Source of the DNA: Vitrella brassicaformis CCMP3155
Lineage: Eukaryota > Protista > Chromerida
DNA: 64,000 nt
Reading direction: 5' to 3'
Assembly: GCA_001179505.1 (NCBI GenBank)
Contig: CDMY01000666.1
Span: 1-64,000 of the forward strand
A program made the position numbers and the translations under genes. Positions 42,201-55,096 of this stretch are shown here, one piece after another. Numbering within the stretch: position 1 is the stretch's first letter; the number at the start of each line of letters is the position of its first letter. The notes beneath the pieces were generated by a model. It was not told where the DNA came from, made no database searches, and was given only the letters and a program-made list of their open reading frames with translations.

Positions 42201-45200
42201 GGAATGGGTCTGGGCGAGAACTTCCAGAATGGGGTGCTGGTGCACGCCGTGGCTCACGAGCCAAGCAGCAAGTTTGGCGGGGAGGGCGAGGGCCGGTCGT
42301 GGCTGCGGAGCATGGCTGAGAAGTATGCAGACCTTAGGGGAGTTGCTATGCCTGCGGGCGGAGCCGCCATGGGGGCTGGGACCGGCGCTGGTAAGTGGGT
42401 GGGTGGGAGAGTCCGCACGCACACACCCGAACACCGAAAGGACAAATTCACCCACGCGCACTGGTGTTTCTCGTGTCGTGTTAGGGTCTGCGAGTGTGGC
42501 CGTGATTGATGCCGCGGCGCTCGACGACCTCAAGTCGGCCCTGCGCAGGTCCATCGACGCCCTGCGGCAGTACACCGACCCGTCGCCATCCTTCGAGGAG
42601 GAGCAGCTGATCACCAGCGCACTCACCGACCTGGAGAGGCTGGAGCAGGGAGTCGCGCCATCGTACGTCTTCGACGAGCACGGCCCGAGGTACCTGAGCA
42701 TGATCAAACCCATGTTCAAGCCACCGAAGGTGAGCCAGAGAGGAAGGGATGTGTCCAATGTTGTCTGGAATTGGTATGTGTGGTGTTTGTCAGGTCCGCA
42801 CATACGACTCCTCATGGGCGTGGGTTCGTGTGGACGCCATGACGGCCATCCACTGCCCCAAGCTGCTCTCGCCCCAGGACCCAGACCTCACCCTGCTCAC
42901 CCAGAAGGTGGCCAACACCTCCTCCCCCTCCCTGTGCACCCTCCTCGAGACGCAGGCCGCACTCCTGGCGCAGACAGACAAGGCAGACAAGGGCAAGGCT
43001 GAGAGGGCCCGCATTCTGGCCCAGGCTGCCATTAAGGGGCTGAACCGGCCGCCGGTGTGGCTGGAGACGCGCGAGCCTCGTGTGCCGGCCATCGAGATAA
43101 CGGACGACGGGACGGTGTCGCTGGCCAAGAACCCGAGGAAGAGGCACGACAAGCATGAGGGCTTCTCGGGATTCGCTCTTGAGATGTTCAACAAGTGAGT
43201 GAGCAAATGGGCGGGGGGATGGGTGAGAGAGACATCGGACGGTCATTCTGCTGATGTGGATGGATGGATGGATGGATGTAGGTCGACAGAAGAGACTAGA
43301 AACCGCTGCTTCGGCCTCAACCGCGCCCTGCCCGGGCAGCGGCTGCCTGAGAACCACCAGCTGGACGCCATATTCTCTGAGGCCATGACCACAACGGCCG
43401 ACGACGGGCTGTCTTTCTACGGCAAGGTGGCGCTTGTGACGGGTGCTGCCGTGGGCAACATCGCCTTTGAGGTCATCAGAGGGCTGCTGATGGGCGGCGC
43501 CAGGGTCATCGTGTGCACCGCATTCCCTGAGGAGGGATCCATCTGCTCGTACGAAGTCTTCAAGGACCTTTATCAGGTCAGTGGGTGTCTGTCTGATGGC
43601 TGGGGAATTTGTCCACGTCCACACACGTGTGTGTGTGTGTGTGTGTGTGTCTGGGTCAGTCGTGTGGAAGCAACGGCAGCAGCTGTGTGGTGGTGCCGAT
43701 GAACGGGATGTCGGCCATCGACTGCAGTCGCGTCATCGACCACGTCTTCGACGCCGTCCTGCCAAGCCTCCAACCCCTCCCTGTAAGAACCCACAGCACC
43801 AAAACACTGACGCCGATGCATGCGTGTGTGACCTCTCCCTCTCCCTGTCCCTCCCTCTCCTGTGCCTGTCTTCACTGGTCAGCTGAATCACGCTTCCTCG
43901 GCTCCGTCCATCCCCCACCTCGACCTGTTTGTGCCCTTCGCGGCCATCCCCGAGACGGGCCGGACCATCCAGATGATCGACGACCGGTCCGAGGCGGCCC
44001 ACCGCCTGATGCTCACCAACGTCCACCGCTGCATCGGCCGCATCATGGAGAAAAACCCCAGGGGCGTGCCGCCCTGCCATGTCATCTTGCCACTCAGGTG
44101 AGCTGCTTGGAACTATGGTGTGGATGGATATGTATCTGCTGTTGGGGTGTGTGCTGTCTGTCTGTCAGTCCCAACAAGGGTCTGTTTGGTGGGGATGGTC
44201 TGTATGGCGAGAGCAAGATCGGCCTCGAGACCCTGTTTGCAAAGTGGAAGAGGTGAGGGTCGACGAACGAACACGGCACGGCGGCGCACACCTGCACCTA
44301 CCTACCATCTTTCCCTTGTGTGTCCGTGTGTGTGTGTGTGTGTGCAGTGAGGGCTGGCAGGATCGCGTGTCGATAGTGGGTGCGGAGATGGGATGGGTCC
44401 GCGGCACGGGCGTCATGTCCCACAACGACATGGTCGCACCCGACATCGAAAAAGACATTGGCATGAGGGTCAGTCACCCGCCCCCTCTCCCCCTTGCCAT
44501 GGACACTCCTGTGACGCGCTGCTGTCTTGTCTGTCTGCGTATATATGTGCAGACGTTTGCCCAGATGGAGATGGGTTTCACTCTGCTGGTTTTGTGCCAT
44601 CCCCGGCTCGTCGAGGCCGCCCGCACCCACCCCCTGCGGGCCGACCTCACCGGCGGCTTCAGGATGGGCGCCAAAGGCATTCCCGTACGAACAAACCACA
44701 AAAAAAAGTCACGCCACTGCCTCCCTATGTGTGTGTTGTCGCTGTCTTTATGTGTGCGTGTGTGTGCAGGCCGCGGCGATCCGTGCGCGCATCATGAAGG
44801 ACGCGGGCATCCGCAAGGCCATCCACCAGGACGCCATCAAGGACAGGGAGGTCACTGCACAGGAGAGCGGCAAGGAGGCAGCCATGGTGGCGGTCGACGG
44901 CCGCCAGGCAGACATCCGTGTGGACTTCCCCGAGCTGCCCACCAAGCGGCGCCTGCAGAGCCTCCCCGACCTCACCGGCATGCTTGACCTGAAATCACAG
45001 GCACGTGAAGAGCGGACGAGACGAGCACACATGCGGTGCGGTCATCTGTCTGTCTGTCTGTCTGTCTGTGTGCTGGGTTTGTGTTGTGTTGTGTGTCATC
45101 AGGTGGTGATAGTAGGTTTCGGCGAGGTGGGCCCGTGGGGATCGTCCCGGACGCGCTGGGAGATGGAGGCCTTTGGGAAGCTGACCATCGAGGGGGCGCT

Positions 45201-48200
45201 GGAACTCGCCAGATGGATGAATCTCATCAAGTACCACACCGGTCAGCCACACCAGCAACCATACCCACACCACACCACACCACACCACACACCGTTTCTC
45301 TGTGTGTGCAGGGCCTCTGGCGACTTTATCCAATCGGCCCTACACAGGGTGGATTGACTCGTCGACGAGCCAGCCCGTTAGCGAGAAGGACATCCTCCCC
45401 ACCTACCACTCCCAGCTGCTGCAGCACTGCGGCCTCCGCCCTATCGACCCGGTGTGGTTCAGAGGCACCTACGTCCCCACCGAGAAGATGTTCATCAGCG
45501 AGCGGGCGCTCGAGGGAGAGATGGAGCCGTTTGAGGTGACCAGCAGGGAGGAGGCCGAGTGGTTCAGCAAGTACCATGGCCACAGAGTGGATGTGGTGGA
45601 CATGCCCGATGGCAGCGTGCGGGTGAAGCTCAAGGAGGGGGCCAAGATCTATGTGCCAAAGGCGATGCCCTTCTCGCGAAGGGTGCGGGGGCACACATCG
45701 CCACTGAGCACATACACGCGCCACACACGTGCCTCTTTCCTTCTCTGTGTGTCTCTCAGGTTGGTGGTCAGCTGCCCAATGGGTTCGACCCGGTGTCCTT
45801 CGGCTTCCCCAAGGACCTCAGCACCCGTGTCGACCGCGTCACACAGTGGGCGTGCGTCGCATTCGCAGAGGCGCTCACAAGCGCCGGTCTGCTGGATCCG
45901 TATGAGTTGTACGAGCACGTTGGCATCAGTGAGGTGGGCACATCCCTGGGCAGCGGCATGGGCGGCCAGGCGTCCCTCAGGGACATCTTCAGGGAGCGAT
46001 GGCTTGAAAACGACGTACGCCCCTCATCCTCTGACCCTTCGAAGACGCCCACCACAACCCCCCTCTCCTCATGTCTGTTGTCCTGTCGGCAGGTGAACGG
46101 CGATGCTCTCCAGGAGACCTTTGTCAACACCCCAGCGGCGTGGCTCAACATGCTGCTCGTCAGCTCTGCCGGCCCCGTCAAGCCATGTGCTGCCGCGTGC
46201 GCCACGGCGGGCCTGTCTGTGGAGCTAGGCGTGGAGACCATCCGCAGCGGCAAGGCGCAGGTCATGATCACGGGAGGCACTGAGGACTTCACCGAGGAGG
46301 GATCCTTCGAGTAAGCCCCACTCTGGGGAACGAACACCATACACCTGATCTTGCTGCATCATTTCTGTGTGTGTGTCTTGGCTTGGGACAGGTTTGCGAG
46401 CATGAAGGCGACGAATGACTCGACGCTGGAGGTTACTGCCGGCAGGCGGCCGTCAGAGGCGTCGCGGCCGTTCACTTCGACCCGCGGCGGCTTTGTGGAG
46501 TCCTGCGGCGCCGCCATACACATCATCACCACCGCCGAACTCGCAATCAAAATGGGACTACCCATCTATGGTGAGAGAGACAGACGAGACCTAAACACAT
46601 ACACGCAGAGGACTCTCTTTGTCTCTCTCTGTGCGTGTGGTGACATCAGCGGTTGTTGGTGGTGCTGAGACGGCGACAGACAGGGAGGGTCGGTCGGTGC
46701 CCGCGCCAGGTACCTCCTGCCGTACACGTTGCAGCCATGCGGCCACACGATGTGCCTCGAGTGCCTGCTTCCGGCCGCCGTTGTCGGCCGCAAACAACGG
46801 AGCGTGTGTGGAGCGTGTGTGTGTGTGTGTGTGTATGTGTGCGTTCGTACAGGCCAGGGCATCCTGTGCACCGCCCGGGAGTACCACCCGCCGTCGGGCT
46901 CCCACGTGCCACACCCACTGCTTGAGCTCAACTACCGCAAGGAGGCACTCAAAGACGAAATGCAACAGGCATGCGCCCACTCCCTCACTTAACCACACAC
47001 AGACTCAGAGGCGGTCCAATTCCTCTGCGTGGGTGGGTGTTCAGATCGCCGATTGGCGTGCGAGGAAGGTGTCAGAGGGCACCGCACCCGAAGGCGTCAT
47101 CGACCGCTTGTGTGAGGCCAAGTGTCAGCGCGCGCGGCAGTACTGGGGCAGCGAATTCTGGAAGGGCGAGGAGGCCATCGCGCCGCTGAGGGGCGCCCTG
47201 CACGCCTATGGCCTGACCATCGACGACCTCGACGTCTGTTCGATGCACGGCACGTCCACACAGCTCAATGACAAGAACGAGAGCCAAGTGCTCAACAGAC
47301 AGCTGGAGCACCTCGGACGCAAGAAGGGTGCGTGGGGGCGTGTGCGTGTGTGTGTGGGTGTTGGGTGACGGCCATCTTCACTCTCTCTCTCTCCCTCTCC
47401 CTTTGTCTGTGTGTGTGGTATAGGTCATCCGCTCTTCACGATCTGGCAGAAGTGGCTGACGGGCCACCCCAAGGGCGCGGCGTGTGGATGGATGGTCAAC
47501 GGCCTCATCCAGGCCATGCACACCGGGCTGCTGCCCCCCCAGCGCAACGCAGACAACGTCGACAGCGCCCTGTGCGACCAAGCCTACGACGGCATCCTCT
47601 ACTCCCATCGGCTCATCGACGTCGGGCGGCCGCTCAAGGCCGCCATGGCCCACTCGTTCGGTTTTGGCCAGGCCAACACGGAGATACTCATCATTCACCC
47701 CGGTAGGGGCACACACCACCCACCACACACACACAATTGGCCTGCTTATGTGGTCATGTGGTTGTGCAGACTACCTGTGGGCGTCTGCGGGCACGTCCAA
47801 GTGCACGGCGTACTCGGCCAAGCGGGCAGTCAGGCAGCAGAAGGCCTCGCAGTTCCTTTACGAGACTCTCGCCGACAGACAGAAACTCATTCAAGGTAAC
47901 AGGAGGCCCTACGCCCGCACCCACATCCACGCACAGACACACACACCTTTCTCCCTCCCTCTCTGTGTCTGTCTGTGTGTGGATGTGCAGTCAAGACATC
48001 GCCCCCCTACTCGCCAGATGCGACGATGGAGACCCTCCTCAATCCCTCGGCCAGGGCGAGTGTCCAGCCCCTGACGCATCGGTATGCCATCGACCCCGCC
48101 AAGTCGTCACCCACGCACATCGCCGAAGGGCAGCCGTCGCTCGAGCAGACCATCAAGAAGCTCGCCACAGACGTCTTCAACGCACAGCAGCTCCTCAAAC

Positions 48201-48857
48201 AAGACAGCAGGTACCCTCACCCATCCACCCGGCCCACACACACGATGGCCCTCATTGTGGGCTGTTGCGGTGTCATGTGTGTGTGGTCAGTCTGCATGTC
48301 GACTCGCACAGTGGCGCGCTGGCCACCACGGGCTGCTATGTGGGTGTGGACGTCGAGCCCGTCTCGACCTTCGCCCAGCACTCAGAGCGCAGCGACTTCA
48401 TTACGCGCAACTTCACGGCAAAGGAGAGGGCCGAGGCCTTCGGACAGCCCCAGCAGCAGCAGGGATCAATGACAACCAACAGTGTGCGGGCTGCTGTTCG
48501 TCTGGCGGGTCGGTGGTGCGCCAAGGAGGCCATCGTCAAGGCCATGGGCAACCTCGGAGAAACCAAATCACCCCCTGTGAATGTCACACTCGACCCAAGT
48601 ACACACAAACCCCACACACATCATCAGAATGCGCCCCAAACATCTGTGTGTCTGTCTGTGTTGCAGGTGCGAGTTTGGTGGACATCGAAGTGCTGTCTCT
48701 GAGCAGCGCGTCCCACGGCGTACCGTTGGTGTCGCTCTACGGCCGTGCGGCCGAGGTGGCCAAGACGATGGGCGTCACACACCCCACCAAGCAGATCAGG
48801 GTGTCCATCTCCCACACAGACGAGCAGGCCGTCGCCATGGCCGCCATACACCTCTGA
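33246..48857 (+). CDS. Single-chain fungal-type type I fatty acid synthase (AT-ER-DH-MPT-ACP-KR-KS-PPT), more than 40 introns by my count
   Basis: AT: [11 protein letters not shown] and GHSQG (34050). FMN-type ER: [25 protein letters not shown] (~36096), [18 protein letters not shown]: DTNPLH (~39293), IVHGM. MPT: [14 protein letters not shown] (40344), [17 protein letters not shown]: GGKSALQNE (41976). KR: [16 protein letters not shown]: [16 protein letters not shown] (Cys ~46198), HGTST (47246), [11 protein letters not shown]: GVDVE, WCAKEA, VSISH. Stop at 48855-48857. Confidence 0.93.
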
Positions 48858-50556
48858 GGCCGAGGGGGCGGGGGGGCGGTATTGGGCGGGAGTGTTTTAA
48901 CGATGCATGACCAACTAAGGCGTTTGGGAGGGGAGAGGGACGTGTAGGGCCTTTTTCTGAGAAAGATGAGACCGATCCGATAAGGTGGGTCGCATCATTC
49001 ATGTGTGCGTGTTTCCGTGTGCGTGTGTGTTGTGTGTTTTGCAAGAGAGGACGTGCGAGTGAGTGACCGAATGAGGCGGTGTAGATCTGAATGCCTGTTT
49101 TGTGTGTGTATGATACATACATACAGAGAGGGAAAGAGGGAGACTTTTTCGGCGTGAGTTTTGTGCCCCCCGTGGATGCTTTCTGCCCACATCTGCCTGT
49201 CTGCCTGCCTCACTGTCTGTCTGTCTGTCTGTCCCTGATCTGACCTTTTCCCGACTCTGATGAAGTTCTGCCAGCTTCTTCAATTATCTTTGAGAAGGAG
49301 GATTGTTTGTTCATGTGTGAGCATGTGTGTAGGACGTCCTCATGTGCATGTCTCTGTTTCTGTTGCCGGGGGCGGTGTTTTGGGCTGGTTCGGTTTGGTT
49401 CGGCTTGGTTCGGTTTGGTTTGGTGTTTGTTCTGTTGCGGCCACTCGACCTTTTGCACTCAGTGTTTTTGTCCCGACAGGTCGCTTTTTCACCCTGCCTG
49501 GTGTTGATGCACTACTGTGCACGCACGTCGAAGTGACAGTGTGAGATGTGACTGGGGTTGTTGGTGCGTGTTGGTGCATGTGCGGTCGGACGGGCGGGTG
49601 ATGAGGGTTATTTCTCCCCCTCTTTCTCGTCCTTTTTGCCGTTCCTGGTGGGCCTGGCCTGCCGTCCTTGCTGCGCTGTGATCGATCCATCCAGCCTACA
49701 TGACATGACACCCACACACGCAATCCAACCAACCACCCAACACGAACACTGATTCATGCACACATACACACACATTCGTGTCGCCATGCCTGCCTGCCTG
49801 CCTGCCTGTCTGTGGACGTGAGCCATTTTTCTGGCGTGCTTGTCAGCACGTGGGTGTGGACAGACAGACAGACAGGTGAGGTGGGATGGGGTGGGGTGGG
49901 GTGAAGGAGGAAGGGAAAGTGGCGCGCACAGGACAGGTGCAGGGTAGCAAGGCTGGTAGCTAGGCCTGCCGAGAAAGAAGGTCTGCCCCATCGATGGGCG
50001 GTAATTCATATATGCGCAAATTCACACATACATACACTCACACATACATACACACATGTATACCGATCGCCGGGGGTGGGGCAGACAGATAGACAGACAG
50101 ACAGACAGACAGAGCGAGTTGTGTGCGTGCGTGGCGTCAACAGCACGACCAAGCCGTGGCAGAAACACTGCCGGTCTATAGATACCTTCACGGGTGGCTG
50201 ACAGATCGCACCATCGCACTTACACACAGGAGGGGTCTGCACGGGGCGAAGGGCCGTTTTGTATTGTGCGTGAGTGGTTGACTGGTTGAGAGGTGGGTGG
50301 GGGGGGTGGGGGGATTTTGACGGGACGCGACTGAGAGGGGGGGAGAGAGGCAGTACGTTTATGTGTTCGTGTGCATGTGGAGTGAGGGAGGGAGTGGGGG
50401 CGACACACGCGGACCGATTTACATGGAGAGAAGCGACACACGGAGACAAAGGGATATCCATGGCGATTCAATACAGCCATCACACGTATGTATGGTACAC
50501 AACGGCCGTCACCCCGAACAAACATCCACACTATCGCACCATCCATCCATCCATCC

Positions 50557-52014
50557 TCACGCAGCGACTGCCGTCTGCTCGGCATAGTACCCTGGGGGCG
50601 CTCTCGCTTCGTCCACAGGGCCAGCACTATAGTCTGTGTCACTCGAATGAGACCTGATAACAAAACCACACACACACACGAGGCAGAGGTCAGAAGTGCA
50701 GACACACGGCTGTGTTGTGTGGTGTGTTTGGGTATGCCTGAAGAACGCGTCAAAGTCATTGGTTGGGGTGCCCTGCCCCTCATCCCTGCTGCCGAGGTCG
50801 AAATTCCGGTTCTTGGCCGCATCACATACCAAGCTCTGAACCAACACCTGAGTGAACGCACCATACGCGCACATCACCCATTTGGCCCTCGTCGCCCACC
50901 CACCCACCTCGGCAAGGTCAGGTCTGGACACCGACACAGTCACCCTCTCTCCCCCTCCCTCAGCTCTCCGCTGCCGCAACAGGTCATCATTCACACCCCA
51001 CACCAGCTCACGACGGCCGCCGGGTGAGTCTACAAGAGAGCCTGGGTGGCAGATGGTGTAGGTAAGGCCGGACGCAATCACGTACTCCTCGGCCTTCCTC
51101 TTCCACCACAGTATGTCGCCGCCTGTGCCGTCGCGCTTGCGGCCAACGCGATTGAGCTCGTTTTGGGGGTCGTTCAGGTAGACGCTGAGGCCCCAACAAA
51201 CAGATAGACAGACAGACAGACGGACAGACAGGGGGTGAATGGTGTGCGTGTTGGGAGGAGGATGTGGCGTACCTGCAAGAGGTTCCCATGGTGCTGCAGA
51301 GAACCACATGCTCCACACCCACTCTCTTGGCGCTGTCAATAAGGTTCTTTGTCCCCAGCCAATCGACCTCCCTGCACACACACACACACACACACACACA
51401 ACACACACAACACACACAACACGCCTCACAAATGTACGACACTACGCAGCGCCTCCGTCCGCCCCTGCCGCCCGCACACCTGGGTGCCTGTCCTCTTTTA
51501 TATCTCCACTCTGACGGCGGCTTCTGCCCTCTCCTCGAGAACAGCCGAGCCACCAGCCGCCTCAGGAGAAACCGCCTCGTCGGCACAATCACCGCCCCCG
51601 AACAGATAATCATGTACTGACACTGCGATGACGCCAGGGACTCATAGACCTGCCCATGGTCCCTCACATCCGCCACAAAGACTTGGTCTTCAGCCGCCCC
51701 AGCCTTCTTCAACCGCCTCGCCGCCCCTTTGGAGCGCACCATTGCGACGGGGCGGAAGATGTGAGGCTCCCGCTGCAGCCGCTTGAAGATCAGATGGCCT
51801 GTCCGCCCAGACGCACCAGTGATCAGCACCTGAAAATGCAGGCACACACAATTCTTTTCGATATGCAGCCCTTGCCATGCCATGCCTGTCAGTGTGTAAG
51901 GATGCAACCTGTTACCTTTGGCAGCTGTGCAGGGGCGGCCGAGAAGGCGCATTGGGAGCTGATGGCCCATCGAACGGCGTCACATAGGAGCAGCAGCTGG
52001 AGAAGGAGCCTCAT
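50557..52014 (-). CDS. Atypical SDR / NAD(P)-binding Rossmann-fold protein with an N-terminal signal-peptide-like leader
   Basis: MRLLLQLLLLCDAVRWAISSQCAFSAAPAQLPK|VLITGASGRTG...VDWLGTKNLIDSAKRVGVEHVVLCSTMG...ILWWKRKAEEYVIASGLTYTICHPGSL...RRELVWGVND...FDLGS. Splice phases are consistent. Confidence 0.85.
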
Positions 52015-52236
52015 AGCATGAGTCCTTCGTGTGATCTGCGACCAACCATGCAACACACACAGAGCGGAGAGATGGGTAGATCTTTCACTCAATTGATGAA
52101 CTGCGTGACGGGCTGTGTACCTCCTCCCCTCCCTTCGCCCCTTTTCTCCCGTCTGCGAGCTAAACCAGGGATGGTTTTGAGCTCGCCTTCTCTTTTCCGT
52201 GCGTCGCGCCCGTGTTCGTTGCAGACAAGCCACAAG

Positions 52237-53381
52237 ATGCACACTGTCATCCCTCTCCTACTTGCCTGCCTGTCAGCGCTGCCATTCGCGTGTGGCGGAG
52301 AGGACGGCGGTACGCATTTCAGACAACGTGTGGCAGAGGCCGCGCAGCAGATCTGTACCCCCTGGATGGATGGAAGAATGGCAAAATCCAACGCGGGAGG
52401 CGTGTGTTTGTCTTGTGTTCTTCAGCTGTGTCAGATCAGGACATCCCGCCCGCTCCTCACGGTGAGATTTTCATCCATGCAGGCATGGCATGCACGAGTC
52501 GGGTGCCCGTGTATGGTCCTTTCTGTCCATGCAGGTTTCGTGTACATCGGTGGCGGCCTGTGTTACCCCACCAATGACACGAGTGGCAAGGACAGCAGCA
52601 CCGAGACGCCCATTATCGATGAGGATGGCGTAGTGGTTGGCTTGGGAGGCGTTCGGCACCAGGCGCAATCTGTCGGCATAGACATCGATGAATGCGTACG
52701 TGGAAGGAGGAAGGAACCAACGACCGACGGGCATTCTCTTGTGTATTTGTGTGTGCTTTCAGGGCAGGCTGTGCCGTCAGATAGCCCCCGGCGCAGAGAG
52801 GCCCCCCATGGCGCCTGAAGAAGGGAACTGCTACGGTGCGCATCTACGGATGACACGACCATCATTGGTTTTGTGTCCGTGTACTGTAGTTGTACATCCG
52901 TGCACTTTGCTGTGATCAGGTTTTCAGTATTCGCCCTTGAGTCAATCGTGCACCTTCATCGTCGACACCGTGCCGGTCACCTCGAACGGGATGGACTTCT
53001 CGAAGTGCTACAGATTCGTCGGGGGAGAAGGTGAGGAAGGGCAGCACATTCAACCAGGCTCAATGCACACGTGCATCTGACGTGTGTGCATCGTTCTCAG
53101 AGCCGTATGAGTATGTTGGCAGTGGCGCCTGTCGTGTGGAGGTCGACGGGAAGGTCACCGTCGGTCAGTTCTTCTCGCTGTTCGACGTCCCCCAGACCAA
53201 CATCACGGCCGAGTACTGCTTCGAGTACTGCAACAGGTTCAACAGGGAATACGGGGCCATCTCGACCATCACCAACGAGCCCTTCTGCACAGGGGTGGAG
53301 GTGCGCACTCTGTGCGAGATACAGGTGCTGTACCCGCCGACCATTGCCGAGCCGCAGCTGTGCTATGCACTCAAGCAGTGA
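52237..53381 (+). CDS. Small secreted Cys-rich protein with two PAN/apple-like modules
   Basis: Signal peptide MHTVIPLLLACLSALPFACGG. Module 1: FVYIGGGLCY...IDEC..LC...CYGFQYSPLSQSCTF...CYRF. Module 2: YEYVGSGACR...AEYCFEYC...FCTGVEV...CEI...CYAL*. Six exons with compatible phases. Confidence 0.6.
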
Positions 53382-54674
53382 GACTCAGAGGCAGTATGCA
53401 GCACGACGGGCGGCTGTCATGTTTAAGACGTGTGTGTATATGCGTGTGCCCATATCCCTTCGTATGTGTACAATAAGCTGGGTCTGTCTTTACTAGTAAG
53501 ACATCTGTCTGTCTTCGTGAGTTGGCCAGGCGTGGCGTGCCTAGCAGTTTGTAAGCATCATGTGTACTGGGTCGCACGCACGGGCGGTCTTTTTCGCGAG
53601 GCTGCATTGCATTGATTGCAGCCGGAGTTTTGTCGTCCAGCTGCCGGTTTTCCTCTGTGTATGTGTTGTGTGTACGTTGTTGGCGTTTCGTGTGCAGGCA
53701 ACATGGTGTTTGTTTATCTTACACGTGATGTGACGGATGTCACGGCACGTACTGTATGTCGTGAGAAGAGACACATTTGGCCATCCACATCAAGAGAGGG
53801 GTGTACAAGCACATTATGTGATTGATAGTGAGGCCGGCACCTTGTCTGTCTGTCTGTCGTGGTTGAATCGCGGAGAGGGAGTGCAGAAAGGAAAGGGCGC
53901 TGTTCTTGGAGGCGGTGTGTGTAGATGATTGAATGGACGGATGACACAGATGGATGAGATTGATGCACCTGAAAAAAATCGCGCCATGGCACTCAGGATT
54001 CTTCGGCCAGGAATTCTCGCCAAAGCTCGCGTGGTGCAAGACTGCTTTTTACATCTGATTCCTCCTTACATTACCGTGTGACATCTCCCGCCCTCCTCTT
54101 GTCACCATCGGTAAGACCAAGAGACCCCTCAACCCATTCACTTCGTTGAGCCGAGCGTTTCCCACTTGGTTGAGGCCAGTTGAGGGGCAAACAGGGAGGC
54201 AGGCAGCCATGCATGACGCACAGAAACGACAGGAAACACACTCTTTTCCCTGTGCGGGGCTGTGCGTGGTGTGTGTGCTGCCAGATCCCACGGTGACGAC
54301 TCTGAGAGGTCTTGCGCGTGCGCGGCGGCAGCAGAGCATTGGCGGCATCAATCGGGCTGCTTCTCGATAGGCGACGTCAGTTCCAGCTGCACACACTAAG
54401 CAGTGAGTCGGCAAACTGAGAGCATAGGCACACTGATGAACAGATCCCACCTCGTTGTGTGGTTTGTTCCTTCGTGCAGATGGTCGATCGCGTTCGTCCG
54501 ATGGACACGAGCAGCCACGACGCCCCGGCTCCCTCGAGAGGTGGGCGATGACGCACGCAATGCAATATAGCACACAGTTGTCATGCGTGTGTGTGGTGAT
54601 GGTGTGTGTGGTGCAGGTGGGCGGGGCAATGGTAGCTTACGAGATGTCGTAGGGGAGATCCAATCGGTGGGTGA

Positions 54675-54709
<35 letters not shown>

Positions 54710-54934
54710 GGAGGTCGAGCCGCCACGCCATTTACTGTGCTGCCCGCCTGGCTGGTCGCCGGCTGTTTGGTGCGCCGGCTGTTTGATGTTCAGCACAACT
54801 TGGCCCTCAGCAATGAGCTGGCGCAGACGCCCACTTATCACGACAAACGCGTAAGGCTCCACTGACCGATGGGTGGCACAGACAAGCCGGTCACTCCCAT
54901 GTGTGTGTCTGTGTGTGTGTGTCGATGTCAGCGG

Positions 54935-55037
54935 ATGGAAGTCGATGTCGAGGCGGGCAGTGCGGTTGGACCGAATGAGACCGACGACAACAAAGAGCAT
55001 AGCGAAGCGGTACGCACAAGTCCACACCCACACACGC

Positions 55038-55096
<59 letters not shown>

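Noticed and set aside
33246-48857. FAS gene as fungal contamination or as a modular PKS
   Set aside because: Its introns have the same microsatellite style as the flanking genes, and the FMN-type ER, GGKS-type ACP and domain order are those of fungal/CMN FAS-I rather than KS-AT-first PKS modules.
49385-49428. (TGGTTCGGTT)n-like repeat as interstitial telomeric sequence
   Set aside because: It does not match TTAGGG/TTTAGGG-type units and is short; treated as a simple repeat.
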